A stretch of 60,455 nt of DNA, counting the filler. It is 5 parts of 5 records of this genome, joined end to end, with 100 filler letters (N's around TTAATTAATTAA, not from the genome) between each part and the next. Parts side by side here need not be neighbours in the genome. Positions count along the whole stretch, not along the records: positions 49,957 to 60,455 come from SRR2962707_3340; 4 more parts are not named here. The stretch is one strand, 5' to 3'. Under the pieces are notes generated by a model. That model was not told the origin of the DNA and ran no database searches. It saw nothing but the letters and a program-made list of their open reading frames with translations. This document shows, piece by piece, positions 50,223 through 58,796 of this stretch; within the stretch, counting starts at the first letter, position 1, and the number at the start of each line of letters is the position of its first letter. A program made the translations under genes and the position numbers.

Positions 50223-50460
50223 TCATGATGAGAAACACTTTTCCTCATCACTAGGGTAAAGAAGAGCCCACCGTCATCGAAGAGCTTGGGACATATCTGC
50301 TGATATTTCCGAGTTATCGGGTGTTTTTCAGAATACTTTGAAACAGAATGTAGAAACGGCCCTGAAAAAGCACATCCCTGACCAACATACGAAGCTCCAT
50401 ACCCCGGAAACATTCAAAGATATTATCTGTTCCCAAAACATTTCTGATTAGGAGTTGGTC

Positions 50461-50490
50461 GGGTTGGGAGCACCACATGGCTCCCAACCC
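50461..50490 (-). terminator. 11-bp perfect hairpin just after the 1167-aa gene (no U-tract; terminator or mRNA-stabilising stem)
   Basis: GGGTTGGGAGC-N8-GCTCCCAACCC. Confidence 0.6.
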
Positions 50491-50499
50491 AGTTTAATC

Positions 50500-53400
50500 T
50501 TAGTCATAGACTGTCATGGAGCCATCCGGGCGGGCGACCCAGATATGACCATTGGAACCAATCGACACAGTTTGTGCCCTGGTTTCATCGACGCGCTTCC
50601 AGTTTTTGTCCTTGGCGTTCCATTTATACAAGACGTCTCCGTTCGGGCCACCGAGGTGCCAGACCGAACCGTCAAGCCCAACCGCGACGTCACTGGCAGA
50701 TCCCGGAATCTCGTTCCAGCGGTTATTTGCGAACTGATAGATTTCGCCATTTCGGCCAACAGACCAGACTTCCCCATCAGCACCGGCCGCAACTTTGGAC
50801 AAATTCCCCGGCACTTTGATCCAGCCACTACCGCCCATGCGATAAATGGTGCCATTCCCGCCAACATGCCATTGAGTTCCGGCATCATCGACGGCAATGT
50901 CCGAAGCCCAGCCCGAAATCTGGGTTTTCTTACCGAGGGAATCGATGTTCCACATTTTGCCATCCGTGGTCAGGATAAAGGCATTGTTTTTCAAACGACC
51001 GACTTCGACCTGGGCGACCCCGGATGCAAGGACCTTCTTCCAACCCAATTGCCCTTTCGGCCGGATATACAGCGAACCACCGCCTCCGACATGCCAAACA
51101 TCACCACTTTGGCCGATACTAACCTGACTTGCCCATCCGGACACATCACGCCAATTTTTGGGACCGGACATCACGGCGTATGTGACCGTTGGGTCATCGA
51201 CCTCGATATGTGTGAACGTGATCCCGTTATCCTGAACCACGGTTTTGGTCGTATCCTTGAGCATACCGGAATCCGCCATCTGGGGTCGCGGCGTTGATTT
51301 ATGACGATACACAATGATCGCGTCATCCGGGCGCAACGCCCAAAGTGTCCCCGCAGAACCGGCATCAACCTGACTGACCGTGCCGCCACGCCCTTCTTTC
51401 CAATCGCCGTTATAGGAAAGGCGGAAAACCTTATCATCAAGGCTGGTAATCCAGACGGCACCATCGGGACTAACCGCCACATCCTGGGCTTTCCGGCCAA
51501 AGTCTTTCCATTGGTCATTCAGAAAATAATGCAGCTTGTCATTGGTATCGATGACCCACAACATACCGCCCGGCCCTGCCGAAATCTTTTTGGCTTTGGG
51601 GCCATTGATACGCTGCCATCTGAAATCATCCGGGCCGGAAACATAAAGGCTGTTGCTGCCGCCGATATGCCATTTACGCCCATCCGGGGCAACATCCACC
51701 GCATGCCCAGTCCCGGGTACATTGCGCCAGTTGTTGCCGTTATAGGCCTTCATTGCCCCACTTTCCATCAGGGCAAAGGCCGATTTTCTGTCAGGCATTG
51801 CCGCGATATCGACAAAGGTATCGCCGCCGCCGATTGCCGACCATTTATTGTCATTTGCCGCATCGGCCCAGTAGACCTTACCACCACCGATATGCCAAAC
51901 ATCACCAGACGGACCGACGGAAATGGCCGTCGCCTGGCCTTCGAAATTATGCCACTGGCCTTCGTTATAAACAAAATACAGCGGATCCGCACTGAAGCGG
52001 GTGTCCTTGTAATGTGCGCTTGCCGCAGCTTCGATCTTTTTCAGATCACTTGCCGAAGGTCGCACTTCGTTGCTGGAGGCCAAGGCCCAGTATGAATAAA
52101 CCTTGGCGGCCTCATCCTTGTTTTGCAGCCAAACCTTCAGGCTTGGTTTATAGGATTTGGCATGTTCAAGTGCGCGCATCAGTGCTGGACGCGCATCAGC
52201 CTTGGCCAGGTTTTTGTTCAACTCTGCTTCAAAGATGGCTAATGCGATTTCAATCACGATTTGCGGCCCGCTCACCGCAAGCATCTTGGTGATTAGTTTC
52301 TTCGACACCTTAAAGGCCGTCTTTGCCGCAACACGTGCGGCATCATCGGCCAGTTCACCCATTTCTTGACCAACCTTTGTTGCGACCTTGCCGACGTCAT
52401 CACTTGATCCAAGGATATTATCGACACTGTCTCCTGCCTCTTGCCCAACGCGCTTCATTTTATCGTCGAGGTTGGTTATTTCATCAAATTGGTCGTAGTG
52501 TCCGTCTGTCCTGTTGGGGAAAACTTTGTAGATCATTTGATCGGCAACGCTGCCATCATCAAGTGGAACAAGAGCCGTTGAAAACATGCCGAGTGTCGGA
52601 ACTGCCGCCACTGTATTGACCAGAGCGGCACGGTTGGTCACCTGCTCAAAATTCGGCGGCACAGGTAACAAATCACTGAACAGGAAACGCATATCCGAAC
52701 GCCCTGCTTTTGTGTTAGCTTCCTGCCTGTTCTTGAGCTTAATAGTCTGGGCCGCGTGCCAGACGTCATAGGCTTTTATGGCCTCTGTCGCCAGATAGAC
52801 GCGATAGCCGTTAGCAAAAGTTTCGATTTCCTTGATCAGGCGCCCTTCCGGACTGCTGGCAGATACACGACCACTTTCTACAGCGGAAATTACGTGGTTA
52901 AGCACCGCATAACGCAATGCCAGGCTTTCTTCGGGAAACTGTGCAATTTCCTGCCAAAGCGCTTCGACGGAGCGTGTCCCGTCCGTTCCAACAGCACGGC
53001 CCATGCTAACAGCAATATGTTCGAGTTCCGTGCGCTCGTCGATCAATTTCAGGACGACTTCGGCCGCACCGTCCATCTGCATGAAGCCTTTGCCAGCATA
53101 AGGCGCCATTTCCCATTCAATCGCAGGGGCAAGGCAACCGCGCGGCGAATCAACGGATTCCTTTGAACGGGTATAACCGGCCGGGCAGCTATAACAACTA
53201 CCAAAGTTCTTTGGGTCCCAGAATGCGTTGTCGCCATATTGCTTGCACCCGGCTTCGTCTTTTTTCTCAGCCGATGCCGTTTCAAAAATCGGGCGCCCAC
53301 AAGCCTGATTACTTTTTACCGAATTGATCGTGCGAACATATCCGTCCGGGCATGACCAGCAGGTGCCGCCATCAATCAGATCATAAACAGTATTATCGCC

Positions 53401-54003
53401 ACCACATTCTGCACCTTTGAATTCCGCCTTGCGCCAGCTAAACTGCAAAAAGCCCGTCACACGTTCACAGGCTTTGTCGGAATGTACCGGATCAAATATG
53501 GTCCGGTTATAGCCCGACGGGCAGCGCCAGCAAGTGCCCCCATTATACATGTCAAAGAAGCTTCCTGAGGGGCACTGCGAGACGCCACTAAGACGTTGTG
53601 CCGGTTTTGCATCACTGAAGATATCTTTGTCCGTGACCTTGTGGCAGGCCGTGTCAGTGGTGATATGGTCGCCTGATCGGGAATAACCAGACGGGCAGGA
53701 CCAACATGCTTCAAGATCATAAAACTGTCCCGAAGGGCAGCTTATACCCGGTTTTCCTTCATACTTTGCCGGCTGGCCCTCACAGCTTTCCTGTAGGTTG
53801 CCGTTTTTATCAAGCCCCCCACAAGTGGTTTCTGCCCTTGCCGGGGAACTGGCAAACATCATTCCGGCCAAACCAAGTATCACAACGACCAGAGCAAGCA
53901 TGAAATGCCGCCCGGAATAGCTGACAGAGTTTCTTGTTCTTGTTTGAGGTATACGTTGGTGCGCCATATCCACAGAAATGGACGCGTTGTTTGTGTTGCT
54001 CAT
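50500..54003 (-). CDS. Large exported protein: long signal region, 4 Cys-rich repeats, helical core, 12 tectonin-like repeats (two 6-bladed propellers)
   Basis: RBS GGAG/AAGGA, 'SPARA|ETT'. Four C-x10-16-C(W/Y)xCPxGYxR...C repeats. Twelve W...G....(I/V)xVG.DG.VW repeats. Confidence 0.85.
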   Translation of the reverse strand: MSNTNNASISVDMAHQRIPQTRTRNSVSYSGRHFMLALVVVILGLAGMMFASSPARAETTCGGLDKNGNLQESCEGQPAKYEGKPGISCPSGQFYDLEACWSCPSGYSRSGDHITTDTACHKVTDKDIFSDAKPAQRLSGVSQCPSGSFFDMYNGGTCWRCPSGYNRTIFDPVHSDKACERVTGFLQFSWRKAEFKGAECGGDNTVYDLIDGGTCWSCPDGYVRTINSVKSNQACGRPIFETASAEKKDEAGCKQYGDNAFWDPKNFGSCYSCPAGYTRSKESVDSPRGCLAPAIEWEMAPYAGKGFMQMDGAAEVVLKLIDERTELEHIAVSMGRAVGTDGTRSVEALWQEIAQFPEESLALRYAVLNHVISAVESGRVSASSPEGRLIKEIETFANGYRVYLATEAIKAYDVWHAAQTIKLKNRQEANTKAGRSDMRFLFSDLLPVPPNFEQVTNRAALVNTVAAVPTLGMFSTALVPLDDGSVADQMIYKVFPNRTDGHYDQFDEITNLDDKMKRVGQEAGDSVDNILGSSDDVGKVATKVGQEMGELADDAARVAAKTAFKVSKKLITKMLAVSGPQIVIEIALAIFEAELNKNLAKADARPALMRALEHAKSYKPSLKVWLQNKDEAAKVYSYWALASSNEVRPSASDLKKIEAAASAHYKDTRFSADPLYFVYNEGQWHNFEGQATAISVGPSGDVWHIGGGKVYWADAANDNKWSAIGGGDTFVDIAAMPDRKSAFALMESGAMKAYNGNNWRNVPGTGHAVDVAPDGRKWHIGGSNSLYVSGPDDFRWQRINGPKAKKISAGPGGMLWVIDTNDKLHYFLNDQWKDFGRKAQDVAVSPDGAVWITSLDDKVFRLSYNGDWKEGRGGTVSQVDAGSAGTLWALRPDDAIIVYRHKSTPRPQMADSGMLKDTTKTVVQDNGITFTHIEVDDPTVTYAVMSGPKNWRDVSGWASQVSIGQSGDVWHVGGGGSLYIRPKGQLGWKKVLASGVAQVEVGRLKNNAFILTTDGKMWNIDSLGKKTQISGWASDIAVDDAGTQWHVGGNGTIYRMGGSGWIKVPGNLSKVAAGADGEVWSVGRNGEIYQFANNRWNEIPGSASDVAVGLDGSVWHLGGPNGDVLYKWNAKDKNWKRVDETRAQTVSIGSNGHIWVARPDGSMTVYD

Positions 54004-54013
54004 GTCCTTGCTC

Positions 54014-56620
54014 CTAATCGCGTGCCCGTTTGACGATTGGCGTGTTGTCCACGCTCAGCCACAGACGCCCGTCTTCTTCGACGTCGAAATTCTCAGCTCT
54101 GGAATTGTTGATGAGATCAAAGCTCTTGTTGGTCGCATTCCAGCGGTAGATGTCGTTATCCACACTGCGAATGAAGACCTCGCCGTTTCTCGACACCCGG
54201 ATTGAAACGGCCTTTTGTCCCTGACGCGGACGCTTTTCAAATTCTGATCCGGTCCATTGCCGGACATAAAGATTGCGATCTACAATCCACACATCATCGC
54301 CCGGCCCGACCGAGACGTCGTAAAGCGAATTGAAATCGTCAAACCGCGCAAAGCGGTTGCTGCCCGCGTCTTTGGAATACAGCCAGTAATCGCCGCCGGT
54401 ATAAAAGATGGCATAGACCGTATCGTTCGGCGCAACCGATACGCCTTCCGGCGTCAGGCCACTAACGGTGAATTCCTGCTGGCTGTTATCGCGTTCTCTG
54501 AAAAGACCAACCGACGGCGACGTGGTATAAGCCCAGATATCGCCATTGCTGGCGATATCGTAATCCTGAATGTTGGCGTTCTGATTGCCAAAACCGGTGG
54601 ACTCGCTTTCAAACCGTTTGCGGCGCTCGTCATAGACAAACATGTCCCCGGATTGCCCTTGACCACCGGAGTAGGAATAACCGTAGACATCCCCGTCATT
54701 GCCGATGGAAAGCTTGATATCGGCACCTGATGGTGCCGCGTCTGTATTGATGGTCTCAAAGCGAATGTTCTTGGTAAATGTGAAGCCTTCAACATCGTTT
54801 GACGTGATGGATGTTGTGTCCCCACTGCCATCCATCTCTTCAGATGTGCGTGCTGCAATACGGAGATCGTCACTTTCATCACGTTCAAAGAATTGACTTG
54901 AAAGAACCGATCCGTCCTCGGTAACCACCCATGGATAGCCTTGCGGTCCGGCGGCCACCTGTTTGGGCGTTCTGGCTGCAATGCGGACGGTTTCAAATTC
55001 GCCTGTGTCTGAATTGTATCGGCGCAGAAAGTTGTCTGGCGTCACAATCCAGACAGTGCCATCAGAACCAATCGCAAGGCTGGATGCCTTTTGGCTAACG
55101 TTCTGGCAGCCTGTTTCACCGCAATATAGCAGAAAGCCATTTTCAAGAATGGTCCACGGGCTGCCATCAGGCATCACTGCTACAGCGACACCCCGGCCAT
55201 CAATAGGCGTAAACCCCATGCCGTCGCCATCGATACGGTAAAGACGGCCTTGCGCATTCACCGTGACGACATCACCATTTGCCGCAATCGCTATGTCTGC
55301 AGCCGTTTGCCCGGTAACCTGTTGCCAATCGCTTCCGGTATGACGAAACACCCGACCAAGTGCAGAAACGCCCCATGGGTTACCATCCGGATCCACTGCC
55401 AGACGCACCAGGCTGCCTGGAAAATCGTTAAACCGCCGCCGGTCATTTGACCAACGCAGGATTTCGCCGCCACGAAGAGCAAAAACGCTACCATCCCGGC
55501 CAATGGCCAAGCGGTCTGCGACGTCGCGTGTATCAGTAAAATTCAAATTGCCCGAATAGGTGCGACTGGCTTGATCACTTGTCGGATCATCAGCAACAGG
55601 ACGTTCCGTTCTGTCGTCCCGTCCGGTGTTACCATTGGACGCAATTTCTGTTTCCGAGGGTGGTGGTGCAAGCTGTTCTGCGCGGGATTGTTCTGCTTGG
55701 TTTGTTGGCGGAGTTGCGTCGTCGGCTTTCGGACTATTTGATGAAACTTCATCTGCCTTGATCTCATCTGCCTTGATGTCATCGGGTTTGGCATCCGGTG
55801 CGGTGAGTTCTTCTGCACCGGTTGGTTCATCATCCTGTTCAAGCCCCGAGGAAACTGCGATCCGGACCTTCGCCAGAATACGGTTGTCTTGTAACACCAC
55901 CCAAGGCGCCCCTGAACGGGTCACGGCAATTTCCAGTGCCTTTGTCACACCGCGCAGTGCGAACCATTGCTGGTCACGCTGCCGCCAGAGCATCACACGG
56001 CCATCTGGATGGACCTTTGCAACGCGTTGATTATCCCCGGCAGCAATATCGCGTGCTCGGCCCGGCAAGGCATGCCACCCGTCATCATCGCGCATCCTGA
56101 TTTCATTGGTTGGTGTTACCGCCCATAACCGTCCGTCCGGGTCCAATGCCAAACGTTTTGCAACCCCCTCGACCGGCTCCCAGCTATGGCGCAGATCAAG
56201 CCAGCGATGAATGGAACCATCGGCCTTTGCAATGTAGATTTCACCACTTGCATTGCCTGCAACATCAACAACATCGCTGTCTTTGCGTTCCCACCACAGA
56301 CCGTTATAGCGATACACATCCCCGTCAGCATCAATCACCCAAGGTCGGCGCTCTGCGGCACCGGTGATACGGGCAAAGGACCCTGACATCGTGCGCCAGC
56401 TTTCTTCATGCGGATCCCATCTAAGCGGCGTGCCATTGGTGGAAATGGCATAAGCCTCGCCAATCGCGGTTATGGATATATCCTGCCCCTGACCGGGCAA
56501 AGAGAACCAGACCCCGTCATCAAGAACCTTCGTCGCATGGCCTACCCCCGCCATGAAAAGCAGGATTACAGTGACCAAAACGGCGAAACCCGAACGATGT
56601 GAAAGTGCTTTCATGATCAA
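54014..56620 (-). CDS. Exported tectonin-repeat protein, about 18 blades (three 6-bladed propellers) with acidic linkers; ATG start possibly 56614
   Basis: Signal peptide ending 'GHA|TK'. Repeats such as 'WEPVEGVAKRLALDPDGRLWAV' and 'FPGSLVRLAVDPDGNPWGV'. Confidence 0.85.
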   Translation of the reverse strand: MIMKALSHRSGFAVLVTVILLFMAGVGHATKVLDDGVWFSLPGQGQDISITAIGEAYAISTNGTPLRWDPHEESWRTMSGSFARITGAAERRPWVIDADGDVYRYNGLWWERKDSDVVDVAGNASGEIYIAKADGSIHRWLDLRHSWEPVEGVAKRLALDPDGRLWAVTPTNEIRMRDDDGWHALPGRARDIAAGDNQRVAKVHPDGRVMLWRQRDQQWFALRGVTKALEIAVTRSGAPWVVLQDNRILAKVRIAVSSGLEQDDEPTGAEELTAPDAKPDDIKADEIKADEVSSNSPKADDATPPTNQAEQSRAEQLAPPPSETEIASNGNTGRDDRTERPVADDPTSDQASRTYSGNLNFTDTRDVADRLAIGRDGSVFALRGGEILRWSNDRRRFNDFPGSLVRLAVDPDGNPWGVSALGRVFRHTGSDWQQVTGQTAADIAIAANGDVVTVNAQGRLYRIDGDGMGFTPIDGRGVAVAVMPDGSPWTILENGFLLYCGETGCQNVSQKASSLAIGSDGTVWIVTPDNFLRRYNSDTGEFETVRIAARTPKQVAAGPQGYPWVVTEDGSVLSSQFFERDESDDLRIAARTSEEMDGSGDTTSITSNDVEGFTFTKNIRFETINTDAAPSGADIKLSIGNDGDVYGYSYSGGQGQSGDMFVYDERRKRFESESTGFGNQNANIQDYDIASNGDIWAYTTSPSVGLFRERDNSQQEFTVSGLTPEGVSVAPNDTVYAIFYTGGDYWLYSKDAGSNRFARFDDFNSLYDVSVGPGDDVWIVDRNLYVRQWTGSEFEKRPRQGQKAVSIRVSRNGEVFIRSVDNDIYRWNATNKSFDLINNSRAENFDVEEDGRLWLSVDNTPIVKRARD

Positions 56621-56643
56621 GCCTGTCTGTTGGTGGTCCCCGA

Positions 56644-58563
56644 TCAGGACTCAGTCAGCAGATGTTTGCGAAGAGTCGTCAGGTTTTCTTCAACGCTGAT
56701 GTCATCGAAAGATGATTTGATCTCCAAATCGCCCATGCGGAATTCGTCGAAGAAGGCTTTGCCCTGCAGCTTATCGAGAATGCTTTCGAAGTTTGGGCGG
56801 GCCGTGAACCAATCGCCGTGCCGCCGTTCCAATCGCGAAATATCCTGCTCGAGTGGAGAAAGCTGACCAATAATGCGTTCGCGGTCTTCTGGTGACTGGC
56901 GCACATAGTGCGGCCGGCGCGGAGTCAATAAAATCAGGATAGATTTTTCGAAATTGCGCTCTGTTCGTTCGGAAAACAAATAGCTTAGTATCGGCATATC
57001 CTTGAGAACCGGCACCCCGTCCGAAACATTAGAAGTTTCGCGTTCGCTCAGCCCACCAAGGATAAGTGTTTCACCGAACTTCATGGTAACGGTCGAGTTT
57101 ACGTTTGTTTTCGTCGTATCAAGGCGGAACTCAAAGACAACTGAATTGGAAGGATCGGTCAAAAAGGTGCGTTCCGCCACCACGTGCAGTCTGATTTCAT
57201 CGTTCGCCAAGACCTCCGGTGTTACGGCAAGTTTCACACCGACTTCTTTTTGAACGGAAACGCTGTCCCCGTTGCCGCCCGAAACGGCTGCAGCGAGAAT
57301 TTCTGTTCCCGAAAAGAATTCCGATGTTTTCCCGGTCTGGGCGACCAGACTTGGTTTGGCCAATATCTGATTATCCGAGTTCAGCGAATTGGCGATATTT
57401 AGCGAATAGTTCACAGCCGGGATGCTGATCTGGGACGTGATGGTTTTGGTACTCTCCTCCAGCCCTGTACCAAGGAAATCCCGCGTTTTGGTGCGGGAAA
57501 TCCCGGCAGCTGGTGCGCCAGTCAACGGATTACCGAATTGTAGTTGCAACCCGTTCAGAAGGTTCACACCACGCGACTCACGCATGTCTTCCTGTGTCCC
57601 GATCAGGACGACATCCACGACCACCATTGATGCATCATCCTGACTGGCAACAACCTCATCGCCATATGGATCTGCAGGCGCATCCCCATAGGCATCATAA
57701 GCGTCTGATGAGCCATCCCCATAAGGATCACCATAGGGATCACTTTGATAGGTAGTTCCGCCGCCAGCATAGGGATCATAGCCGCCTTGGGCCAAAATTA
57801 CCTTGGCATCGCTTTCATAAAACGACCGCCAGTTATCAACGCGCCGACGCACAAAAGCCAAATCACTGCGATCTGGTGCCACATTGGCATATTGCGCCAT
57901 CAAGGCATCAACCCCTGCACGGTCATCCATCGCCGCAAGCGCCATCATCCGGGCCTTGAGGATTTCAGGACTGGTGCTCGCGTCCGGCGTAATTTTTGCC
58001 AATCGGGAAAGGGCGGCGTCAGCCGTTTTCGCATCATGGGCAAAGTATGAGGCAACCGCCAGATTATAGAGAACATCCGGACTGTCAGACCGGTACATCG
58101 CGACATAAGAGAAATGGGTCTGCGCTTCCTCATAGCGGCGCTGGCTTTTGTACAAAATTCCCAGTTGATAATGCGCCGCAAGATTGCCGGAACCAAACTT
58201 CAGCGACTGACGGTAGCCTTGTTCAGCCATAATATATTTGGCCGTATCTCCGTCATCTCCCAGCTGATGATAAACGTAGCCGTTCAGAAACTGCAGATGC
58301 GGATTGGTGATATCAAGTTTCAGCGCAAGATTGGCGGCATGCGATGCCATATCGAGATCTCCACGCTCAATCGCATTGAACGCTTCGGTTACAAGGAGCT
58401 GTACCTTGTTGCCTTCTTTTAACGTATCACCTTGTGCTGACGCCCCGAAATCACTTGAGAATATGCTTGATGTTCCAGGCCCCTCAAGCGTCTGGCACCC
58501 CCCAATCGCAAGCAAAGCTGAAAAGGCCATGACCTGACATAGCCGTAACGATAGATTTTGCAT
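56644..58563 (-). CDS. Lipoprotein with N-terminal TPRs fused to a secretin (type II/III secretion outer-membrane pore) domain
   Basis: Lipobox 'IGGC' (Cys23), TPR helices at aa ~55-245. Secretin motifs 'ILAKPSLVAQTGKTSEFFSG', 'EVGVKLAVTP', 'GETLILGGL', 'GVPVLKDMPILSYLF', 'ILILLTP'. Confidence 0.9.
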   Translation of the reverse strand: MQNLSLRLCQVMAFSALLAIGGCQTLEGPGTSSIFSSDFGASAQGDTLKEGNKVQLLVTEAFNAIERGDLDMASHAANLALKLDITNPHLQFLNGYVYHQLGDDGDTAKYIMAEQGYRQSLKFGSGNLAAHYQLGILYKSQRRYEEAQTHFSYVAMYRSDSPDVLYNLAVASYFAHDAKTADAALSRLAKITPDASTSPEILKARMMALAAMDDRAGVDALMAQYANVAPDRSDLAFVRRRVDNWRSFYESDAKVILAQGGYDPYAGGGTTYQSDPYGDPYGDGSSDAYDAYGDAPADPYGDEVVASQDDASMVVVDVVLIGTQEDMRESRGVNLLNGLQLQFGNPLTGAPAAGISRTKTRDFLGTGLEESTKTITSQISIPAVNYSLNIANSLNSDNQILAKPSLVAQTGKTSEFFSGTEILAAAVSGGNGDSVSVQKEVGVKLAVTPEVLANDEIRLHVVAERTFLTDPSNSVVFEFRLDTTKTNVNSTVTMKFGETLILGGLSERETSNVSDGVPVLKDMPILSYLFSERTERNFEKSILILLTPRRPHYVRQSPEDRERIIGQLSPLEQDISRLERRHGDWFTARPNFESILDKLQGKAFFDEFRMGDLEIKSSFDDISVEENLTTLRKHLLTES

Positions 58564-58796
58564 CCTGCCCCGTTCAATCTGTCCCCAATGCGACCATGCG
58601 CATCCTTGTCCGAGCCCACATTACATACCTTTAGATGCATGCCTTGTGCAGACGCGGACATATTTTCCACAGGCTAGCGAAGCACCATCTCGGGTGACAG
58701 AGACCTGATGTATGGGGAAGGGACGAAGTTGTATGAAGACGGGTAAGACATACAAATCCGCCCAGACGACCGGGATGCTGGAAAGCAGGGAGTTGG

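Noticed and set aside
50455-52095. Long + strand ORFs (280 aa and 264 aa) opposite the tectonin gene
   Set aside because: Antisense shadows of a GC-rich coding strand, with no motifs. The same applies to most short overlapping ORFs in contigs 1 and 5.
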